NCBI RefSeq assembly: GCF_964194025.1
Contig: NC_134471.1
Span: 61,318,001-61,382,000 of the forward strand
Reading direction: 5' to 3'
DNA: 64,000 nt
DNA from: Convolutriloba macropyga
Lineage: Eukaryota
The position numbers and the translations under genes are program-made. This document shows, one piece after another, positions 14,801-26,447 of this stretch. Within the stretch, counting starts at the first letter, position 1, and each line of letters starts with the position of its first letter. The notes under the pieces were generated by a model, which made no database searches, had not been told where the DNA came from, and worked only from the letters and a program-made list of their open reading frames with translations.

Positions 14801-15604
14801 ATAACAAGAAAAAAAAACTCTGATAAAATGAACTACATCCTCAAGAACGAGCAACTGAAAACAGAAAGAAAAACCAAATAAATGTTTGTTATTTTGCTAT
14901 TATGATGCTTAACTAAAACTTTTCACCAAAACATCTTCGGCTTTCAACTGTACCTCTTACTGTTGATCTTTTATTTATACACAAGAAAGAATACTGTGTC
15001 CCAATTATGTAATATTAAAATGATAATTTTCTCCGCTCAAGAAACTTGTGCAGTCATATTATTTTCCCCAACGACTAATCTTTATGAGCATAGCACTGTT
15101 GGAGTGACGTTTACTCTTTTCAATTATATCAAAAATTTCTGAAAATTTCAAGGCCTGTTTTTATGTTTAACTTTACCGCCATTCANNNNNNNNNNNNNNN
15201 NNNNNNNNNNNNNNNNNNNNNNNNNNNNNNNNNNNNNNNNNNNNNNNNNNNNNNNNNNNNNNNNNNNNNNNNNNNNNNNNNNNNNNNNNNNNNNNNNNNN
15301 NNNNNNNNNNNNNNNNNNNNNNNNNNNNNNNNNNNNNNNNNNNNNNNNNNNNNNNNNNNNNNNNNNNNNNNNNNNNNNNNNNNNNAGCGGTTGAGAAAAC
15401 CTTTCTGAAATAGAATCTAGTTGTAAAAACACCAACTCCCAATAAGATTATTGACCGCAAACAACAACGTTACAATTAACATCCTTGAGTTACCCCCCAT
15501 TAATTTAAGTTTGCTACTTCTATGTACACAATCTACATCTCTACACTTCTTCCACCACTTGCACACAACATGCGTGTGTATGCCTTTGCTTCCTATAATT
15601 CCGT

Positions 15605-16114
15605 TGTAGTATTGCTAATTGGATAATTGCCGCCGCAATAACCGATACTACAGAGAGTTTATTTATTTAACCGTCGACTTTGTGAACACTTTAGACTTAG
15701 TCTAAACTGACGAAATATTAAGAGAGAGCTACGCTGCTTGAAATGCGTTGAGTGAATGAATACATTATTCATAGCCAAATACTGCTGTGTATTATTTAAT
15801 ACACTATTGCACAAGCAATGTCGGCTGATTCAGTGCCGCTATTGATACGCGTATTAAGTGAAGGATACTGAAGCTATCCAGGCCACTCTTCACAGCACCA
15901 AGTCTGAAACGATAATATGACTAAAGACGAATAATAGTCGGCTCCACGAATGACTTAGAAATTGATACGGAGCTAGTCATAAGTCTTGTGATTTTTAGTC
16001 GTGTTGACTCAAGTATAAAACACGCACGAGCCTAGAGCTTGCTGCTGAAGGAAATCAGTACCAAACTCAACCAGCGCAAACTTAAGCCGCTTCATTTGTC
16101 ACTAATAATTTCTC

Positions 16115-16168
<54 letters not shown>

Positions 16169-16576
16169 CCATTCTCTGCTCTAAGAGCGAAACATCTACT
16201 CCACCGCTAAGCGGGAATACCAGCGGCGATTTTAAGTCTGCCGATTTAATAGCAAAATAGAGTTAAAGTAATATTCACATCCAGCAGTAAGATGGATCTA
16301 GTTTCTTGATTAAGATTAGATACCCCACCATATTTCCAATAGGACTTACCGCAAATTTTGCTCTATCCTTCTATCTGTTTAATAATTAACCTTTACATCT
16401 AATCAATTTTATTTCTAGCAAATAACTTTTAGATTTGGAAATTAGCAAAGAACATTGTGAGCATATAGTGAGACTTATTCTAGCATTTAATTAAGGTCGC
16501 TATAATAATATTGGTTTAGCTCTAGTGTGGTAATTAAGATCGAGCGAATAAAATCCGTACCACATCAGAGTTAAAA
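15605..16576 (+). repeat. 5' LTR of Element 1 (972 bp, TG...AA)
   Basis: Aligns end to end with 33078-34019 (about 95% identity by eye); contains a (CT)n tract at ~16111-16165. Confidence 0.95.
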
Positions 16577-16578
16577 AC

Positions 16579-16588
16579 TGGTGCGTCG
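16579..16588 (+). promoter_or_regulatory. Primer binding site, tRNA-Gly-like
   Basis: TGGTGCGTCG 2 nt after the LTR; complementary to ...CGACGCACCA, the 3' end of metazoan tRNA-Gly(TCC) as recalled. Confidence 0.7.
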
Positions 16589-17359
16589 AGGAATAAAGAA
16601 CGTCGTTTGCTCACACATTTAGGGACCTGGTGGACTTTTTGTGGCTAGTTTTCCAAACCAAAAGCCCAGAGGTCACACAGGTTCTATGGTAGGGCCACAT
16701 ACCGCGCTATCCCAGTACCTGTGTGAGATGTTCTAAGATTCTGAACTTCTCAATTACGACCGAATAAAAGAGACCGGTTCTCCCCACAAAAGAACAGTCC
16801 ACTGCTTTAGTAACTTTGAGCACCAGTTCTTTGCTTCTCAGACCCGATTTTTGACACTGTAGGTTGGTTTTTTAAGCGCACACGTTAGTACATAACTGTG
16901 TATTATAAAAAAGGACGTCTTTGTATTCCCCCCGCACAAAGTTAGACAAGACCGGTCACATTAATGTTACTTTTAGACTAAATAATTGTGTTCAACTTAA
17001 CCAAATCTTTAATACTGTAAGCATAACGAACTGTACAATCCCCCTCAGTCCTATATGCGAAATCATACACCCATATTCATTAACCTAGTTCTCATATATT
17101 GTCCTTAACTTAACTTTAGCGTGTCTTAAACACATTAACTTTTAATTTATCGTCTAAATTATCAGACTTATCACTCTCCAAACCCATAGTATTGCAAAAA
17201 CAAAATGACCCACATGCAAATAAGCCTAGTTTAACGTTGTTCTGCTGCATCATACATTTATAATGTACCTATTAGTGTCTCTAAAAGTTAATAACTCACT
17301 CTGATAGCTGCAAATAACGTTGTATTGTTAAAGAAACGTCCCAGCAATAACTATTACTC

Positions 17360-18300
17360 CTCGATTTAGCCCCGAATTTCTAAAATTTCGTGGTTTTGAG
17401 TTAAACAAGGTTGGATTTATGAGATTTTTAGCCCAATTTTGCCTATTTTTTGCCTAAATTAACAAGATTTAGTGAGAATTCATCCAAAAAACAGCCAGTT
17501 ATACACAATTTTTCTCTAGAATTGAGAAAATAATTGAATTTTGGTGCCAAATTTTACTAATTCCGACCTAACCCCAGTTTTGAGAAAAAAATTGAATTTT
17601 GGTGCCAAATTTTACTAATTTCGACCTAAATAAGCCAAAATTGTCCCCCAAATTTGCCAATTTAAGCTCAGAAAGCCCCAAAATTCACAGATTCAGACCA
17701 AAATTTTTCAATTTCTACTTAAAAATTGCCCAAATTTAGGACCAGAGGGCCCAAAATTTCCAAAATTTGCCCACTTTTGACCAAAATATCTCAACTTTTA
17801 TCCAAAATTCATGCAAATTTATTGTTTTTAATCCAAAATTTGCCTAGAATTAACCAATAATTGACTATATTTAGTAAACTTGTTCCTTTTAAACACAAAA
17901 TTGAAATAATCTCAACCCAAAACTATTAGATTTGACCCAAATTATGGACATATTAGCCCAAAATTGTCAAGAAATTGTCAAAATTAGCCAAAATTTTCCC
18001 GATTTTGCCCTTTTTCATTAAAAAAACACCCGTTTTTGGTAAAATATTGTCAAAATTTGCCAAAATGTTTCAAAATTTTGCCTAAAATGATCTGGTAAAT
18101 GATCAAAATTGACCAAAATTTGTCACTTTTTGCCCAAAATTGACCCAAAATTCAGCCAGGTAATCCAAAAATTGCCCGGAACTTGTGGAAAATTACCCAA
18201 ATTGGAACACAAAAAGTGAAAAATATCTCATTTTGGAAACAAATTAGCGATACCAATCCCAAAATTGGTCTCAAAATTCCAAATAATTTCCTGAAACTCG
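17360..18300. repeat. Degenerate periodic CCAAAATT / A-tract region in the leader of Element 1
   Basis: Dozens of (G/A)CCAAAATT(T/G) variants, often ~10-11 bp apart; includes a ~58-bp direct repeat at ~17522 and ~17580. Confidence 0.75.
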
Positions 18301-18628
18301 CCGATAATCCTGAAGTATGAGTAAATATTCGAACACAGAGACAAGAAAATAGCTATTGAAGACTTTTAACGCCTGTTTTAAGTTAATATACGAATAGAAA
18401 TATAGCGTTTTGTCCAAAATTAACCACCAAAACGGCAAATTTAAAGGAAATAACACGATCTTTTCATGCAACCTTTTAAACGTTCCCGTTATTGTTATTT
18501 TGTGATATTTAAGTTTCTCTTTCGTTTTTCTGAGCCATATATTCGATTGTACTTATTAGGTTACGTATAATTTTGCATAAAGTCTTCATTTCACCAAATT
18601 AATAGCACAAAAATTGAGCAAAAAGTAT

Positions 18629-18862
18629 ATGGAATATCTAATAGGAGACAAACAAATAAGTATTAAGGATAACTCAGCAGACTGTCGAGTGCTCAAATAC
18701 GTCACCAACGTTGAACAATCATACTTGACAATAGTCTACCGCATTAAAAGAACAAAAACTGTCGGACAGGTAATCATATTTAAAATAGAAACTACATCAT
18801 TAGATGTTTTGTTCAATAGACTTAATAAACGTGGCTCAATCATTGATTTACAAAGTATGTAG
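18629..18862 (+). CDS. Element 1 upstream accessory ORF u1 (77 aa, unknown function)
   Basis: ATG-initiated ORF; segment ISIKDNSADCRVLKY..QSYLTIVYRI aligns by eye with u3 and u4. Confidence 0.6.
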   Translation: MEYLIGDKQISIKDNSADCRVLKYVTNVEQSYLTIVYRIKRTKTVGQVIIFKIETTSLDVLFNRLNKRGSIIDLQSM

Positions 18863-18885
18863 ACTCAACCACAAGTTTCCAATAA

Positions 18886-19211
18886 ATGAGTGAAAGCAAC
18901 CAAAACCTGAAATTAGTACCCTTACCAGATAATAAGCTCTATATATTTGAAAAAGTTTCCATCTCTTCAACCACATTACCTAAATTTATTAGAGAAAAAA
19001 TCCAAAAAGAAAACGTTTATTGTGTCCTAATAAAAAAATCTGATAGCAATAATCAAATCATTTCCTATAGAGTCAGAGTATTTAGACCAATTTTAACAAC
19101 AGCATTCTCTGAAAGCAAAAATCAAAGTTCTGTCAAGCAGGAAAATTTTTCTGGTTAGAATATCGACTAACCGAAAAAGATTGCTATCAACGATTAAATA
19201 AATGTCTATAA
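18886..19211 (+). CDS. Element 1 upstream accessory ORF u2 (90 aa, probably longer before a frameshift)
   Basis: ORF 18886-19158; another frame continues FWLEYRLTEKDCYQRLNKCL* to 19211; VLIKKSDSNNQIISYRV resembles u4 ITITLSHNTGKVTSYKV. Confidence 0.55.
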
Positions 19212-19298
19212 TTAGTTAATCTCAAATATTTTTGTATAAAACAAAGTGAAAAACAAAACAAAAATTCTTTTCTCTTTTATTGTCTTCTAACTTAGCTT

Positions 19299-19522
19299 AT
19301 GAATATTAGTACAAAGCACCTAAATGTAACCATTTTGGACGACGATAAAGTTGCGAAAGTTAAAAAGTACACACTAAATAACGATAAACAATCTCTGATT
19401 TTTTATTACAAGGTTGTTAATGATCCGCGCCTACACTGTTTTGTAACATATGCAAGTTGTAATCCTGTTTTTTCTAAAAATTGAAAGCTTTGCACACGCC
19501 CAATAGTTATATTGGACTCTAG
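19299..19522 (+). pseudogene. Element 1 upstream accessory ORF u3 (frameshifted paralog of u4)
   Basis: LNVTIL..KVKKY..PRLHCFVTYASCNPVFSK then frameshift to LKALHTPNSYIGL*, versus u4 LNITIT..KVTSY..PGLACYITHAKNNPNFIKILNALCTPNSVFEI. Confidence 0.7.
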
Positions 19523-19598
19523 ATCACTAAATTTTTAATTAATTTGTAACTAATACTGTCTAAAATTAAACCTTTTTTAAAAACAAAAGTTGAACTTA

Positions 19599-19835
19599 AT
19601 GAGTAATGACGCTACCTCCTTGAACATTACTATCACACTTAGTCATAATACAGGCAAAGTTACTAGTTATAAAGTACATAAGAAAAAACAATATATGTAC
19701 ATTTTCATTAATTTTGATAACGTTCCAGGACTAGCTTGCTATATAACCCATGCAAAAAACAACCCTAATTTTATCAAAATTTTAAACGCTCTTTGCACTC
19801 CAAATAGTGTTTTTGAAATAAGACCATTTGTTTAA
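19599..19835 (+). CDS. Element 1 upstream accessory ORF u4 (78 aa, unknown function)
   Basis: Intact ATG-initiated ORF, clear paralog of u3. Confidence 0.7.
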   Translation: MSNDATSLNITITLSHNTGKVTSYKVHKKKQYMYIFINFDNVPGLACYITHAKNNPNFIKILNALCTPNSVFEIRPFV

Positions 19836-19985
19836 ACAAATTGTCTAAATTTTTCTTAAATTTCATATTAGACTCTGATCTTTTCTTAGCTTCAATTTCT
19901 TTTGAATGTACTTTTGAGTTGTTTCCTTTCGTTTACCTTCTCATATAAAAACTTAATAATCATTAAACAAAAACCTTAAATAAAA

Positions 19986-21252
19986 ATGGTGAACATTGTA
20001 GCATACCCAGACATTTCTCTTGAAAAATTTACAGGCTTAGACCCAAGTGAGGACGTAGCAGATTTTCTAAGTTTAATAGAACGAAAAAGCGAATTGTCTT
20101 TTGGAGTTAGACCAGTATTAGGAGACGCTCGAAATGATTATGACGCACGTAGAAAAGAATTATTTGGCTCAGTCCTAAGAGGGCCAGCAGCCCAATGTTC
20201 GATTCTGTACCCGCAGCGGAACCATGGGATGATGTTAGAACAGGTTTCTTAAATAGATTCACAGACGAGAAAGACAAGTACAGAAAACGAATTGAGGTAG
20301 AAAACATTCGCAGACAACCAGACCAAAGAGCAGTGGAAAAAGGATGGCCAGACCCATTGACAGATGCTCAAAGGCAAACTAAGTGTATGGAATTCTTTGT
20401 AAGAGGACTAACTCCTCCATCACTTAAACAAAAAGCGCATCAATTTCTGATAGAAACACCTCACGCAACATGGGAACAACTTAGAAATCATGTTAGCACT
20501 AAGGATTTAAGATTTGCAGTAAGTAGAGATTTCACAGGCACAGCTTCGAGCAGTATAGATAACAAAATAGAGATAGATGGTATAAAAGATCAGCTCCAAT
20601 AACTAGCAAGTCTAATATGAGAAAAATAACAGAATTATTGCAGCCTACAACCCAAATGAGCCTAGAAACAAACAAAATCACACACAATTTTGTAAATTTT
20701 GCTGAAAGTCAGGTCACACAATAGCATATTGCTATGCAAACAAAGACTTTAAAGAACAAAACAGACAGCAATCACAGCAAAGAGATAAGTGCAGAGATAA
20801 CTATCAAAGCTATAGAGGACGTCGTCCAAGAGAAGATAGTTATGATAGGAATCAGAACAGATACAGACAAGACTACAGACCAAGAAACAGTTACAGTTAC
20901 TACAACCAAAACAACCGCATACAATACTCTCTTTATCCTAGAACTGAGAACAATAACTTCAGAAATCGCTCACAAAGCTTTGAGAATCGAGATCGCCGCT
21001 ATAGTTGCAGATCCAAAAATTGCAGACCCCAGGACTATAGAAACTATTCACGGGAACAACAATATGATCGAAACGATTCTCGGACAAGGTATCGTGAGTC
21101 ACACAGTCCAAGACAGGATTATAGAAGAAGTAACAGTTCCAATCAGAAGGCTAGAGATAACAGTAGAGAACGTAACTCAAACAGAGTTCAATTCAGAGAG
21201 AATAAAGTTGATGGGTTCATTGTGGACAATCAACAAGATGAAATTAATTTAA
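19986..21252 (+). pseudogene. gag: Element 1 gag (frameshifts and stops)
   Basis: EKFTGLDPSEDVADFL..LRGPAAQ/FDSV..WDDVRTGFLNRFTD capsid-like segments; zinc knuckle CKFC*KSGHTIAYC at ~20691-20733; R/S/Y/N-rich basic tail. Confidence 0.88.
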
Positions 21253-24200
21253 GCTAGACAAGTCTCCGTACAAATATAAAAAGACAAACATTTTTATTAT
21301 CTTGTACATTCACGCCATCGGAGACAGTAATAAACATAACGGTTTCGAATCGCAGTTTCTAGTTGACACAGGATCAACCTGTTCCTTAATTAATTTTGAT
21401 TTTCTACAGGAAATTAAGTCACTGATTGATGTTAAACTAATTAAGTCTAGACAGAAAACAATTGCAGTCAACGGCGAAAGATTAAAATTGTTGGGCTACA
21501 TTCATGTCCCCATCTCATTTGACATTGAAGGCAAATATTACACAGATCTTAAAACATGGGTTTAGGAGAAAAACGGTTGCGAATTAAACAAAATTGGGAT
21601 GGATGTTTTGAATTGTGCCACAAAATCAATTGAGTTCACAACTCCATAAATGAACTTGAAAATTTAACCAAACGTCTCAATCAGGCTCTCAAAATATCAA
21701 ACAAAAACCTTTCCTTTTGTAAGTAAATTTGAATAAGTAGTGCTAAACAGACCTTTCGAGCTAGCACCAAAATCTAATAGAGATCTATCAATTCCACCAT
21801 CAAACCAATTTTTCAAACAAGGGACATCTTTCAAAATTGACAAACGCCTTCAAGACAAAGGTATCTACACATACAAAGTCTATTGCGTAAGAAAAGAAAA
21901 AGAATTACCAATAATGTTTAATAACCCCTGTGGTTGTAAAGTAACAATAGATAAAGGTTCAATAGGATACACTTTGGAAGAAATTTGTCAAAAAACACAA
22001 AAATACACACTGATTGATAATGTTGCGTTCTTAGATGTCTTAACAGAAACTGAAACAGATTTCAATCACATGTTTCATGTAACTGAAAAAGTTGAAAACC
22101 CAGTTCAGATTTTAGAAAATCCGAAAATAGACAAAACAGATATTAGACAAAAGTTGAAAAAAGCTCAGAAAAAGATTCAAGAAAAAGAATTTGCAGACCA
22201 CCATGAATTAGAAACAGATTTTAGTCAATATCTAAAAGACTTAAAACCCAAAGAAACAATAGATGGTGAAAATCAACCACAACAAATACCACTAGAAAAA
22301 CTGGAATTGTTTAGTATATCAGACCTTGAGTTTCGCAAAAAATTTGACTTCAGTCAATCAGATATTAACGAGGCACAATTACTAGATCTAATGAAACTAC
22401 TTGCCAGAGACAAGGACGTCTATTCTCAACACAAGTTTGACGTTGGAAAAATAAAGCAAAAATTTCACGTAAAACTTCTACCAAATTCAACCTTGACTAA
22501 GCAAAGACCATCGCGAGTACATTTGCACCATCAGAAAAAACTTGAAATTTTGATAGAACAGATCTGCAAAGCTGGAATCATTCGAGAAATGGGAGACGAC
22601 ACCGAAATGGGATCGTCATTTATTAATCCAGTAATCATCCTAACTAAAAAACATAGTGAAACTAGTAATCGACGCCAGATATCAAAATTCAATAAAAGAC
22701 CTGAGTAAATACTTATGGCCTCTAGAGCCAATAGGTTCTTTATTGACTAGATTGAACGGAAATAACTTCACTACAAGTGATTTATGCTCGGCATATAATC
22801 AAGTTCCTCTAAAGGAGGAAACACAACAACTGACAAGTTTTGTAATAGGTTCAGAACAATACACGTTTCAACATGGTTTTTACGGACTTTGCGGACTACC
22901 AAACTTTTTCAGTAGGATAATGACAATCCATTTTGCACCCTTAATAAAATCAAGACAAGCCGTAACTTACATTGACGACACAATCATGCAAGCTCAGACA
23001 GCTGAAGAAATGTACTCAATAATAAAAAAGTATCATCTTTTGCTACGCAAAGCAGGACTTAAAGCTCAGCCTGAGAAAACAAAATTCATTTGCGCAAAGT
23101 ACAATTCTTAGGACATGTAGTAGGGAAAGACGGCACTCAACAAATAAAGAAAAGGATTGAAGATCTGAAAGCCTTAAAAAACCTGAGAATAAGCGAGATG
23201 TAATTGCGAGTCCTAGGTTGTTTAGAATTTTACAGCATGTACATAAAAAATCTGCACACAGAGAGTAAGCTATTTTAAGATCTCATAAAAACTGAAACCA
23301 CATTTCAATGGACAGATGAACACGAAAAGTTGTTCACAGAAACTAAGGATCGTATAAGTGAAGATACAGTCCTAGCAATTCCAGACCCAAGATACCCTTT
23401 CCATGTTCATGTAGGTGCATCATCAATTGGTGTTGGTTCAGTTTTAGTCCAGGAATTTCCTGCCGGAAAACGGATAGTTTCATTTAATTCTTGCGTTTAC
23501 ACAAAAAATGAGCAAAAAATGAGTACAACAGCTAGAGAACTTTGTGGTGTAATTTCTGCTCTACAAACGTATGAGCATTACATAATAGGTTCCCCAGATC
23601 CACTGTATCTCTACACAGACCAAAAACCCCTACTGTATCTTTGGGGACGTAGAGGAAAATCATCTCATCGATTTTTCTGCTATCAACTTGTCATTTCACA
23701 ATTCCAAAACTTGAAAATAATCTGGACAGAAGGCAAAAACCTAGCCTTTCCAGGCATTCTAAGTAGACTTAGACAAATATCAACTGAAACACAAAAGAAT
23801 TCCGAAAGAGATTAAATTGTACGTCGAGTCAGGCAACGAAGAAAAATACTTCGTGTTGCATGACATTGAAAAAGGACAGAAAAACGATTGCTACCCCACT
23901 CTAAAACAAACTTTTCAAGGAGTTAAAAAATTGAATTTTGAGAAGGAACAGTTTTTTCAGACAGCCTATGAACCTAGTGATCGAATTTGTTCAAATTCCG
24001 ACATCTAAGAATCTTTTTTGAAAGGAAATGCAATAAACCATTATCGTGACAAATGCCCATTAAAAAAACCAATTTGAAGCGAACCAGACGACAGTGAAAA
24101 CTACTACTCTGATTTGTCTTTAGAATTTGATGATAATTTAGAAAAAGAAAAAGAACAATTTGAAAAAGTTTCTACAACAGAAAACAACTCTTTGCTAAAT

Positions 24201-26328
24201 TCAGTTGAAGTTTCAGATATAGAAATAGATGACATGAGTCTTGAGCAAGAGGTTGAAGCAAGCAAAACAACTTTTTATAGAATAGCAAGTGTTCGACTAG
24301 CAAAACAAATTTGCGAGAATAACGAAATCCCAGATGGAAAAGAACTCATTGAGAAATTATCTAGTTTTGCTAAAGATATTGACTTGAACATAGCAGCAAT
24401 CAGCCAGGAACAATTCAAAGACCCAGTTATCCAGACTAATAGACAACTTTTTGAGTCAGGAAACAAAGACGAGAAAAACATAAAGTTTCGACAATCAAAA
24501 GCTATAAAAGCATACTTGAATAATTTCGAAAAATCTTTGCCTAATTGGAAACATTTTGTGTTTTAAACAACCAACTGAAGAACCAAATATTCATAACATC
24601 AAGATATGCGCACCGTTATCCCTCTTCTCAAATATTTTTGAATTAGCTCACCAAGATTCACTTTCCGGACACTCTGGGAAAGACAAAACATTGTCAAGCA
24701 GAAAACGCTTTTTCTATTGGCCAGGTTTATACAAATGGGTTTCTCACTTGATAGCCAATTGTCTAGACTGTCAAAAAAAACGCAAAGACTTAAACGAAGC
24801 ACCATTTGAAAAATGGACAGAAACTGTACCTTTCCCCTACCACACGGCACATATAGATCACAAAGGTCCAACAAATCCACCCTCGAACTGAAATAAACAT
24901 TGCCTAGTAGTAATTGATTCCTTTTCATGTTACATTCAAGTTTATTCAGTTTCATCAACATCAGCAAGTGAAACAATATCAGCACTTGAGAAATTTTTTT
25001 TTACTTTCGTTACCCCACAAAAACTTGTGTATGATAAAGGATCAGCCTTTATGAACGCAGAGTTCACAAGTTGGACTCATGAACTTGGAATTACGCATGC
25101 TCCAAGAACAGCATAATCTCCCTGGACCAACGGAAAAGTTGAGATCCAAAACGAACACCTTGGCACAAAATTCCGAATCTTTTTTGAACAAGCCAATCGT
25201 AATTGGAGTGACTTAGCACCAAAGTTTGCGTTTGCTCATAACACAACAGCAAACACTAGTACAGGATTAACACCCTACGAAATTGTTTTTTGGCCAAAAG
25301 CCCCAAATTCTGCTTTCTCTGAAATTAGGATTATCAAGTTCTTCCGACTTAACTTGTAATTCAGAATATTGCAAAGATTCACCACACCACAAACATTCAG
25401 AACAGAGTAACAAGAACGGTCAGATAGATAAACTGCTAAAGCCGAAATTAAGTAGTTCTTTACTTGCTCATGAAAATCAATTCAAACAAATTTACAAAAC
25501 TGCATACAACAGAAGCCTTGAGGTTAACTCCACAGCACATCAAAACAGAAACAAACATAAACTAGGTAAGCCTTCAGACGTAGGACAGCTAGTTTTAATG
25601 GAAATTCATTCATTCGAGGATGGAAAATCTAGAAAGTTACATGAACTAGACCATATGAAGTAACAAAAAAATTGACAAATGTAAATTACGAAATAGAACT
25701 TGTTGCAAACAAAACCGTCAAGAAAGTTGCTCATAGAAACCATCTAATTGAGTACTTCCCAATCGAAAACGCAATTTCAGAATTAATTGTGGATTATGGC
25801 TTAAGGAATGAAAGGTTCCGACCATTTTACAAAAATTTAATGAATAAACAAATTGAAAAACTTAATAAGCTAGTTGATAAATTTTCTTTTCAACAACCCT
25901 TCACTGAAACTGAATTTTTCCCAGTAGACAATTTTACAAGTAATACAGATAATACACAAAATAAAAATCAACATGAGAAAACTCTTAAAGACAACAATAC
26001 CACAATAACAAAACCAGACTCAGGATTTCAGGAAGGTTTTTCAACTACATATGTAGATAACACACAAACACCTGATAGCCGTAGTCGTAGTGGAACTAGA
26101 AGTTCTACCCCATATCCCGAGACACGTATTCGTTTTGCACATCCACCTGACATTAGAGTCAGCCCTGTTAGAACCCAACCCCGTGTACAATCACCCGAAG
26201 CAAACCCAACTCCTTCGGATGATCAACGTTCATCTCGAATAGATCGTCGAATTTCGGGACGATTAAAAAACATACTACTCGCTGTCAAGCGGGATTTACT
26301 TAAACCATACTTTATATTTTTACTTTAA
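21253..26328 (+). pseudogene. pol: Element 1 pol (protease, RT, RNase H, integrase), disrupted
   Basis: Protease FLVDTGSTCSLIN; RT KLVIDARY..SDLCSAYNQVPL..FYGLCGLP..YIDD; RNase H FHVHVGASSIGVG..RELCG..YTDQKPL; integrase H-H-C-C (AHQDSLSGH..CLDCQ), HIDHKGP, YDKGSAF, NGKVEIQN; GPY-like PYEVTKK at ~25650. Confidence 0.95.
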
Positions 26329-26447
26329 AGGTACAAATCATCGGAAAATTATTCTCCGAGACCTTTTCACTTACTTTTTCCAGACTTACTCGTGTTTTTC
26401 TGACACTAAAAAAAAACTCTGTCAATCATTAATAAAATAAAGTTATT

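Noticed and set aside
15148-15460. ORFs spanning N runs (also at 31.0, 35.2, 59.7 and 60.2 kb)
   Set aside because: Artefacts of assembly gaps.
16039-16260. 73-aa ORF with poly-SL in the LTR
   Set aside because: Translation of the (CT)n microsatellite.
20734-21252. 172-aa T/I/E-rich ORF as a separate gene
   Set aside because: Alternative frame of the R/S/Y/N-rich gag tail after the zinc knuckle.
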